This document shows, in pieces, positions 56,772-64,000 of a stretch of 64,000 nt of DNA (the stretch's first letter is position 1; each line of letters starts with the position of its first letter). The notes below the pieces were generated by a model. It was not told the origin of the DNA. It worked only from the letters and a program-made list of their open reading frames with translations, and made no database searches. Source of the stretch: Oculatellaceae cyanobacterium bins.114 (GTDB lineage Bacteria; Cyanobacteriota; Cyanobacteriia; Elainellales; Elainellaceae). Location of the stretch: positions 1 through 64,000 of the forward strand of contig JANRJA010000191.1 of the NCBI GenBank assembly GCA_033764315.1, written 5' to 3'. The position numbers and the translations under genes were made by a program.

Positions 56772-57587
56772 CTACCGAGGTTGCATGAGTGCTTGAAATT
56801 CAGGATTTTGACGAATTCCATCAAAGCAGATGTCGGTCTGTGCCATCACGCGATAAAGATTAGGACTCAACACCAGTGCCCGATGCAGGTTTTTAAGGGC
56901 TAGCTCAGATTCACCTTGCACTGCAAACGAGCAGGCTTTGCCATACCAAGCATTGGCATTATCGGGTTGATATTTCAAAGATTTCTCAAAACTCATGATT
57001 GCCTCTGAATGGCGATCGAGCTTTGATAACACCATGCCCCGATAGCTCCAGGCATAGTGGCAACTGGGTTTAATAGCTAAAGCTGTATCGAGGCTGGTGA
57101 GGGCATCGTTATAGCGACGGCTCGATGACAGTGCCACTCCTCGGCTATACCACACTCGGTAGTTATTGGGCTTTAGCTCTACAGCCTGATCAAAGCTGGC
57201 GATCGCCTCTGCATAGCGATATAGACAGCTATAGGCATGTCCCAGGTTATACCAGGCTTTTGAGTCGGTTGAGTCAAGTTTTAAAGCTCTGTTAAAACTG
57301 GCAACCGCTTCTTCATAGCGACCTAACTTGGCCTGAGCAATCCCTTTTCCATGCCATGCCAGGGCGTACTTGGTGTTAATTCTAATGGCTCGATCAAAAC
57401 TGGCGATCGCTTCCTCATGAAACCCCAACTCATAGAGAGAAAAACCTCTCTGGGCCCAAGCTTCGTAGTGTTCAGGCTGGTCTTTAAGAAACTTGTCAAA
57501 GCGTGAGATCGCTCCTTCAAAGCGTCCCACTCCATACAAGGCATTTCCCTGGCTAAACCAGGTCTGACTGTCATAATTTTGACTCAT
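56772..57587 (-). CDS. TPR protein
   Basis: About 7 TPRs; AWYGKACSFA...FDGIR cap. Confidence 0.9.
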   Translation of the reverse strand: MSQNYDSQTWFSQGNALYGVGRFEGAISRFDKFLKDQPEHYEAWAQRGFSLYELGFHEEAIASFDRAIRINTKYALAWHGKGIAQAKLGRYEEAVASFNRALKLDSTDSKAWYNLGHAYSCLYRYAEAIASFDQAVELKPNNYRVWYSRGVALSSSRRYNDALTSLDTALAIKPSCHYAWSYRGMVLSKLDRHSEAIMSFEKSLKYQPDNANAWYGKACSFAVQGESELALKNLHRALVLSPNLYRVMAQTDICFDGIRQNPEFQALMQPR

Positions 57588-57953
57588 GGCACCTGTGAGT
57601 CTAAAGGTAGATCCTGAAATAAATAATGAGACAACAGGCTTAATGAAAGCGATGCGATGGTTAGGCCCCAGTGATAGACCCTATCAACGATCGACTGTCA
57701 TTACGCCACACTCCCTCAAGAGATAGTCATAAAAAATAATCTATGTAGGAGTGCTTAGAGATACATTGTAGTCTTCTCTCGACCCGTAGTGCCACCCTTG
57801 TCAAACCCATAAATCTATGATAGCAGAAAAAGAATAAACCTCTCATCTGCATTTAATCAATCTGTATTCAAATATTCTGCCCAACCCTATAGTTTGAAAA
57901 GATATCACAGTGGAAAATAGATCAGAACTGTCTCTTGTTTTAATTATTACTCA

Positions 57954-59363
57954 ATGATTAATGATCAATCTACCCATCGCATTGAGCGCGACTCTATGGG
58001 AGAACGCCAGATTCCTTCAACGGTTTACTATGGCATTCAAACTTTGCGCGCGATCGAAAATTTTCCCATTAGCGGGCTAAAGCCGTTACCGATGTATGTT
58101 GATGCGGGGATTTTGATTAAAAAGGCAACCGCGATCGCCAATGGTGAATTGGGTTGCATTCCTCCAGAGATTAGTCAGGCAATCGTGCAGGCGGCCGATG
58201 AGATATTGCGGGGCAACCTGCGCGATCAGTTTGTGGTAGATGTCTATCAAGCTGGAGCAGGCACCTCTCACCACATGAACTTGAATGAAGTGTTGGCAAA
58301 CCGTGCTCTAGAGATCTTGGGAGATGAAAAAGGCAACTATCAGCGCGTCAGCCCCAATGACCATGTCAACTATGGGCAATCGACCAATGATGTGATTCCT
58401 ACGGCAATCCGGATTGGCGGCTTGTTGGCGTTAGAGCACAGCTTGTATCCTGCTTTGTCAGAGGCGATCGCGGCACTTGACACCAAAGCGGAGGAATACC
58501 AGGATGTCGTCCGGTCGGGTAGAACGCATCTGCAAGATGCAGTTCCCGTGCGGATGGGTGAAACCTTTCGGGCTTGGGCGCAGATTTTGACCGACCACCT
58601 GAGCCGCCTGGAAACCGCTGCTGAAGATCTGACCGTGTTGGGGTTGGGGGGCAGTGCCGCAGGCACCGGGTTAAACACCCACCCTAACTATCGCTATCGG
58701 GTGGCGGAGTTGTTGTCTGAGTTAATTGACCAACCCCTCAAACCTGCACCACACCTGATGGCCGCAATGCAAAGCATGGCTCCCTTTGTCAATGTCTCAG
58801 GGGGACTCCGCAATCTTGCGCAAGATTTGGTGAAGATGTCTCATGACTTGCGGTTAATGGATTCAGGGCCAATGACCGGGTTAAAGGAAATTCAATTGCC
58901 CCCCGTGCAACCCGGTTCCTCGATCATGCCTGGAAAGTACAATCCCGTGATTGCTGAGATGACCTCGATGGTGTGTTTTCAGGTGATGGGCTATGACACG
59001 GCGATCGCCCTGGCGGCTCAAGCAGGACAGTTAGAACTGAATGTGATGATGCCGCTGATTGCCTATAACCTGATTCAAAGCATCACCATTTTGGGGAACA
59101 CCGTCGGTACGTTAGCAGAGAAGTGTTTAAAGGGGATCACCGTCAGGCGCGATCGCTGCCTGGAATACGCCGAAAAGAGCCTCTCTCTGGTAACGGCACT
59201 GAATACTCACATCGGTTACTTAAATGCCGCTACAGTCGCCAAGGAATCGCTGGAAACCGGAAAATCGTTGCGGCAGATTGTCTTAGAAAAAGGGTTAATG
59301 ACCGAAGCTGAGTTGTCGCAGGTGCTTGACCTGGAAAGCATGAGTGCAATGCCTGAGAATTAA
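57954..59363 (+). CDS. aspA: Aspartate ammonia-lyase (fumarase/aspartase family)
   Basis: YYGIQTLRA, QAGAGTSHHMNLNE, GQSTND, GRTHLQDA, GSSIMPGKYNP. Confidence 0.85.
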   Translation: MINDQSTHRIERDSMGERQIPSTVYYGIQTLRAIENFPISGLKPLPMYVDAGILIKKATAIANGELGCIPPEISQAIVQAADEILRGNLRDQFVVDVYQAGAGTSHHMNLNEVLANRALEILGDEKGNYQRVSPNDHVNYGQSTNDVIPTAIRIGGLLALEHSLYPALSEAIAALDTKAEEYQDVVRSGRTHLQDAVPVRMGETFRAWAQILTDHLSRLETAAEDLTVLGLGGSAAGTGLNTHPNYRYRVAELLSELIDQPLKPAPHLMAAMQSMAPFVNVSGGLRNLAQDLVKMSHDLRLMDSGPMTGLKEIQLPPVQPGSSIMPGKYNPVIAEMTSMVCFQVMGYDTAIALAAQAGQLELNVMMPLIAYNLIQSITILGNTVGTLAEKCLKGITVRRDRCLEYAEKSLSLVTALNTHIGYLNAATVAKESLETGKSLRQIVLEKGLMTEAELSQVLDLESMSAMPEN

Positions 59364-59397
59364 GATCAATTTGATTTGAAAGCAGTGAAAATGCTAC

Positions 59398-59444
59398 CCC
59401 TCCCAACCTCCCCTTGGCAAGGGGAGGTGCCGTAGGCGGTGGGG
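59398..59444. repeat. Cyanobacterial CCTCCCCTT-GGC-AAGGGGAGG hairpin repeat
   Basis: Perfect 9-bp stem after aspA. Confidence 0.6.
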
Positions 59445-59531
59445 TCAAGTGCAAGGTTCACGGTTTAGACTGGTATGGGACAGAGGACAGGAGGCAAAGC
59501 CACCGAATCTACGTTTCCAGGCGGAACTTGA

Positions 59532-59596
59532 GAAGGCGAGCTTTGCTCTGGTAGCCGCGAATTGATTCGCTGGGCTGCTTAAACCGAACTGACGTT
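59532..59596. mobile_element. Partial MITE family C (3' part)
   Basis: GAAGGCGAGCTTTGCTCTGGTAGCCGCGAATTGATTCGCTGGGCTGCTTAAACCGAACTGACGTT matches 12461-12524. Confidence 0.7.
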
Positions 59597-59599
59597 AAC

Positions 59600-62500
59600 T
59601 TAAGGGGCGATCGCTACATTCGCTGGGCTAGCGAAGTCAGCGACCATCGACGGCTCAAGAAAATAGTGAGCAACAGCAAGAAGTTCAGGAGGGTTAGAGG
59701 ACTCAGACTGGCTATCTTTAGAGGTCGCCAGCAGACCAAGAGTAAACATGTAACGCCCTGATTGAGACCCTTCATTTTGCCAGGAAAGAATTTGTGCCTG
59801 TATTTTCGGTAATTCGGCAATCAACTTAAGGGTGTTCAACGATGGCGTTAGGGGTTGCTCATGAGCAACGACGGTTTGAATCTTACCTGCTTTCTCTGGG
59901 GTGACATGTTGAACAATGAACTGTAGGGTGTAGGCTTTGTCCGATAGAACGGTTTGCAGGAAAAGCTGCCAATCAGGCAACTGACGAACCTGATCCAGCA
60001 CGTTTTCGAGATGGGCCGCCAGGATACGAGAAACGGGGATATTGTCGGACGTTTTGAGGGTAGCAATATTCTGGTTGGGCTTGAGATATTCAAAAATGTC
60101 GGTTAGTGCCAGAGAGAGGTGTTCAATCTTGAGCAGAGGCAGGTTGAGGTTATCGGTCGTGCTTAATGCATCGGCGGTTTGGGGTTGGGCAGCAAAGATG
60201 CTAAGGCTGAAAATATAACGCCCCTTGGCTTTGAGGGGTTTTTTGTCGCTGTGCCAGTTGAGAATTTCATTGGTGATGTTGTCTTGAAGTGAGTCAGTAC
60301 GCTGAGACATGGTTTGCTGCGAATTGGACTCGCCCGACGCAGCGGGGATGGCAAAGCGGGGGCTGAGGAAAACGGGCAGGGAGGAAAGCAGATCATCCTC
60401 CAGACCTGGATCGCCTAAGACCAGAGCAAAGGCATACTGGCAGGAAATACGGATGTCGTAGGGGCGATCGCTCTGCTCAGGTAAGAGGGTGTTGAATAGC
60501 AACTCAATGTGGCGGCGCAAAGGACGAATCAGGGGCAGGTTTGAGGCAGGTTCAGATGGGGTTCGGAGGGTGGCGATGTTCCAGCGATGGGGATTGGTCA
60601 ACAGTGGAGAGAGGCGATCGCCAAACCGAACTTCTGGAGTTTGGAAGACAAAGGCAGGATTTGTCATCATCCCAGGCACCAACCCTTTATTGCGGGTGAG
60701 CCAGATCGACCCCCAGGCATTTTGCTGATTGATAATGTCTAAGCTAGGCAAGATCAGCTTGCGATCGGGAATATCTGATTCACCAAACTTTTGCACCAGG
60801 CTTGTGTCAGCCAGAGGCGTGAACTCGTAGAGTTGGGAGGTGATGGGCGTACTGGAGGTACGACGGGCTTGTTCGCCTTCTGGGGAAATGGTCTCCTGGT
60901 ACTCCGGCAGTTGAATTTGCGGGAAGCGGTTAGTGGCGATCGGAGTTACACCCTGTTGGTCAACCTGCACCAGTTGAGATTGGCTATCCGCTTCGGACAG
61001 CGGTTGAGCGGTCAGGGTCGGCAGAGCACGGATCGTCACCTGTCGCTCAGACGTGTCAGGATTTTGCATCTCCACAATCTTTTCTTCGATGCTGTAATCG
61101 GCTGAGCGAGATTCATGCAACCGTACAATTTCCAACCAAGCAGACCATTGAGTTGCTACCTGGTTTACCAATTTCACCAAGGCTTCCACCGCTTTTCTGA
61201 CTTTGTTAGCAGTGTCCTGATTCGTCAATTCTTCAGTTGTCAGTTGTTGCAAGTCAGGGAGTAATTGCGGGTACACCACACTAAAGCGCACCAAAGCGTC
61301 AAATAGCGTTTCTTGCTGCGAATCCTCCACAGTGCCACGGATTACCTGAGCCTCTGCCTCGGCTTCTGACACGTTGTAAAGGATGCGAGTTTCGATGGCA
61401 TCTTGAGCGATATCAGGATGCTCATAAACCAGTTCATATTGCCATTCCCGCACTTGCTCTAACCGAGCCACACTATCCGGATCGGCATTAGCCTGCTGCA
61501 AAATGAGGGAGGGTGACAGAGGAAAAGTCCGCAGCGGAACCGGAATCCGAACCCGACCTAAGTAATTGGGAATGCTGGTGTTGGCATGGGTGAGAATGAC
61601 TCCCTGATGAGCGTTTAGAGTTTGCTCACCCAGTTGGGTTTTAAGATCGGTTAGGAACTCAGACTGGACGACCCACTGTTGACCCACCAGGGGTTGCAGG
61701 GCTTCCAGAATAGAATCGGACAAACCTGCCGTTCGTAGGGCTTCTATAACCCCAGTTGTCATCTGGTAGTCATCCTGCCCATCGTTCTCTTCGAGGGGCA
61801 ACACAAACCGCAGCCAGGATGATACTTGATGGGCTTCGTCGATGTTGTACTCCAGTTCGTTTGCCTGATACATCAGCGGCAGTTCAAAACCTTCTTCAAA
61901 CCGTTCTGGAGTTTTGGTGTTAAAGAAGAAGGTGAGGTGAGCCGGATAGTCAGCACGGGGATCGAGCGGAATCTTGGCAGGAGACAAGGTAAAGTCGGGG
62001 GTGGAGGGGGAAGCAGAGGAGTTAGCAGGGGTAATGACAATCGGTTTCCCAGCTAGACGGGGCACTACAGATTGGGGTACCTGCCGCCGCCAGGGTTGCT
62101 GATTAGCAACTGCCACCTCCACGTTGTATTGAATGATGGTTTCAATGTCATAGGCTTCTGCTAGATTGACCCGCAGTTCTCGCAAGAGAGTATCTGCCGC
62201 TGCCTGCAACCGCTTAAATTTGGTGGTGTCCGCTGCACCTGAAGGTGTGAGAGAGAGGATGTTTGTGACCTGTTGACTGATGGCGATCGCCAATGTCTCT
62301 TTCTGATCCAGAATGGCTTTAACCGAATCATTCAGATTCAGGCGAGACAGGGCAGGAATAACACTTTCGGGACGCAAAAAGGCTTCCACAGCCGCCAAAA
62401 AATCGCGTGCCAGACGATTCAAATCCACTGTGTCAAATCGTTGTTCTGTGGTGGACTCCTTCGACTCATTCAACCCACTGCCTGAATCATAGGCGGGAAT

Positions 62501-64000
62501 TTTCACGTTGCCAGCCATCAGCGTATTCGCCAGCGGAGCCGCTGTAAAGAAGAAGGGTACGGCCTCTTTGATGTCGTAACGCAAACCCATTTCTCCCACA
62601 TGCACTGCCCAGAGACTTTGAGTGCTCTGATCAACCGACTCTGTAGCCGTGGCACTAGAGGGGCGATCGCCACTGGTCGCCAATCGCAAACCCGGAAAAG
62701 CAGATTGGAAGCGGGTCGCAAAGGCTTCTAAAGAAGTCGTGCGATCGTGTTCTGAGGCACTAGTCGCCGCCATTCGGGGCTTAAACAAAGCAGTTGAAGT
62801 TTGCACCGTGAGCATCGATTGCACCGTTGGGTGAATCAACTCAGCTTGGCGGCGAATGTCTACCTGAACCGTAACTGGGGTAATTAATTCCTTGGCATAG
62901 CGCAGCTTGTTGTTGCTATCGGTGAGGGGCAAGGTCAGAGTGTAGTGAGCCTGCTGAGGAGGAGGGATCAGGCGTTGGTTGGGATTGAGTAGCCCTTCAA
63001 TGAAGGCGATCGCCTCTGCTACTTGAACGAAGGTAAACCGTTGTCCCAAGTGTGAGTCGATCCAATCCAGCGATTGCCGCAGCAGACGCACTTCGACCTG
63101 CATCCGCTGATTCAGGGTCAGGGCTAGATTACGGTTACTCCCCGACCTCTGGTTCAGAAGAAAGGTGTGCAGTTGGGTGGCTGCCTCCGGATCAAACTGA
63201 TTCTGAATAGCCTCCACCGTCCGTAGGCGAGCCAGCAGCGAATTTTCAAGGGAAGCTAGATTGGTCTCAGCTGCATTAATCTCGACCTCCTGGCTCTTAA
63301 GCCAGCGACGACCTGCATCCACCATCAGAGAGAGCACCCTAAACACCTGTTCCATCCGCACCTTGAGACTGTATAAGGTTTCGTGGGGGCGGGTTTTGGG
63401 ATTCGTGAGGAAGCCTTGAACCGCCTCAAGGAGAGGCTTAAGGCTTGTGCGGGTCGATGCATCCCAAATAGAACCAAAGTGGAGTTTATCGGTAGTCGCT
63501 TCGGAGATGAGCAGGGATGCCAGAGAGAACAGCGGGCTAGAGTCAGAAAGCAGGTTGACATCAGCGTTCAACAGACCATCAACCTGTTGATTGGCGATCG
63601 CCACATCCACAGCGGTCAATGGCACCCCTATCTCAAAACTGAGAGCAGCAGTGGCTCCAACTAGAGAGCCATTGGAATTAGTGATGGCGTTGCTCTGAGT
63701 AAAACGTACCCGCTGGGGAATCTCCAGGGTTTGCGCGGAAGTGAGTTTTTTAGTTTGATTTTGCAGGGCGATCGCCACCACTGTCAGTTGATCGGCTTCT
63801 AGAGTGATGTAGGGAGAGATGGAAGGATTTTCGCTCAAAGCCTTGATCTTTTGCTGCACTCCCTCTAGGCTGTCCTTCGCTCGCCAGGGATAGTCTACTC
63901 CAATTGCAAGCCGCACATTCGCCAAAAGCAGCCCCTCTTCGGTTGCCAGTTGGGCGATCGTGCGTCCTGTTTTGGCGGGCAAAGTGATTAATCCTAATGT
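59600..64000 (-). CDS. Giant hypothetical protein, C-terminal >1460 aa (partial; 5' end outside the window)
   Basis: Frame open to the window edge; no recognisable catalytic motif; duplicated ~170-aa C-terminal domain. Confidence 0.85.
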   Translation of the reverse strand, partial: TLGLITLPAKTGRTIAQLATEEGLLLANVRLAIGVDYPWRAKDSLEGVQQKIKALSENPSISPYITLEADQLTVVAIALQNQTKKLTSAQTLEIPQRVRFTQSNAITNSNGSLVGATAALSFEIGVPLTAVDVAIANQQVDGLLNADVNLLSDSSPLFSLASLLISEATTDKLHFGSIWDASTRTSLKPLLEAVQGFLTNPKTRPHETLYSLKVRMEQVFRVLSLMVDAGRRWLKSQEVEINAAETNLASLENSLLARLRTVEAIQNQFDPEAATQLHTFLLNQRSGSNRNLALTLNQRMQVEVRLLRQSLDWIDSHLGQRFTFVQVAEAIAFIEGLLNPNQRLIPPPQQAHYTLTLPLTDSNNKLRYAKELITPVTVQVDIRRQAELIHPTVQSMLTVQTSTALFKPRMAATSASEHDRTTSLEAFATRFQSAFPGLRLATSGDRPSSATATESVDQSTQSLWAVHVGEMGLRYDIKEAVPFFFTAAPLANTLMAGNVKIPAYDSGSGLNESKESTTEQRFDTVDLNRLARDFLAAVEAFLRPESVIPALSRLNLNDSVKAILDQKETLAIAISQQVTNILSLTPSGAADTTKFKRLQAAADTLLRELRVNLAEAYDIETIIQYNVEVAVANQQPWRRQVPQSVVPRLAGKPIVITPANSSASPSTPDFTLSPAKIPLDPRADYPAHLTFFFNTKTPERFEEGFELPLMYQANELEYNIDEAHQVSSWLRFVLPLEENDGQDDYQMTTGVIEALRTAGLSDSILEALQPLVGQQWVVQSEFLTDLKTQLGEQTLNAHQGVILTHANTSIPNYLGRVRIPVPLRTFPLSPSLILQQANADPDSVARLEQVREWQYELVYEHPDIAQDAIETRILYNVSEAEAEAQVIRGTVEDSQQETLFDALVRFSVVYPQLLPDLQQLTTEELTNQDTANKVRKAVEALVKLVNQVATQWSAWLEIVRLHESRSADYSIEEKIVEMQNPDTSERQVTIRALPTLTAQPLSEADSQSQLVQVDQQGVTPIATNRFPQIQLPEYQETISPEGEQARRTSSTPITSQLYEFTPLADTSLVQKFGESDIPDRKLILPSLDIINQQNAWGSIWLTRNKGLVPGMMTNPAFVFQTPEVRFGDRLSPLLTNPHRWNIATLRTPSEPASNLPLIRPLRRHIELLFNTLLPEQSDRPYDIRISCQYAFALVLGDPGLEDDLLSSLPVFLSPRFAIPAASGESNSQQTMSQRTDSLQDNITNEILNWHSDKKPLKAKGRYIFSLSIFAAQPQTADALSTTDNLNLPLLKIEHLSLALTDIFEYLKPNQNIATLKTSDNIPVSRILAAHLENVLDQVRQLPDWQLFLQTVLSDKAYTLQFIVQHVTPEKAGKIQTVVAHEQPLTPSLNTLKLIAELPKIQAQILSWQNEGSQSGRYMFTLGLLATSKDSQSESSNPPELLAVAHYFLEPSMVADFASPANVAIAP

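Larger units (their letters stand above)
1..64000. repeat. HIP1 octamer GCGATCGC dispersed throughout the window
   Basis: Very frequent in coding and non-coding DNA (e.g. 563, 867, 894, 10523); typical of cyanobacterial genomes. Confidence 0.95.

Overview
Cyanobacterial chromosomal DNA: the HIP1 octamer GCGATCGC is frequent throughout, and crtR, a Nostoc-type SPS, NtcA boxes and cyanobacterial REP/MITE families are present. It is probably from a filamentous strain. From 1 to 21.7 kb the genes are mostly ordinary: an IS701 end that truncates a membrane-protein gene, a VapBC-type pair whose toxin has an in-frame TGA, a TPR protein with 29-residue coiled-coil repeats, MscS, MFS/EamA/ZIP transporters, a sucrose-phosphate-synthase-like GT4, an RTX/Calx-beta protein and crtR. 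From 21.7 to 26.3 kb a divergent pair of AAA_35 NTPases sits next to a cluster of small DUF4278 proteins and shares a candidate operator with it. The most interesting part is a ~27 kb nitrogen-scavenging region at 26.5-54 kb. It starts with an NtcA-driven Nit1C (sll0783-0787-like) nitrilase operon, a clade-II chlorite dismutase and an unknown tandem-duplicated protein. A block follows, partly under a local GntR and partly under an NtcA-type promoter, encoding a class II aldolase, a desaturase-like enzyme, two DUF1989 proteins, a 2-hydroxyacid dehydrogenase, two Rieske oxygenases (one SxtT/GxtA-like), two ABC importers, a PhnZ-like HD protein, RidA, TauE, an amidohydrolase and a creatininase. 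This block looks like an undescribed catabolic route for creatinine or other guanidino/N-methylated compounds. The window ends with a GAF-LuxR regulator, a TPR gene, aspA and the 3' part of a giant unknown protein. No rRNA, tRNA, CRISPR array or recognisable riboswitch was seen. All family assignments come from motif recognition and memory, not from database searches.
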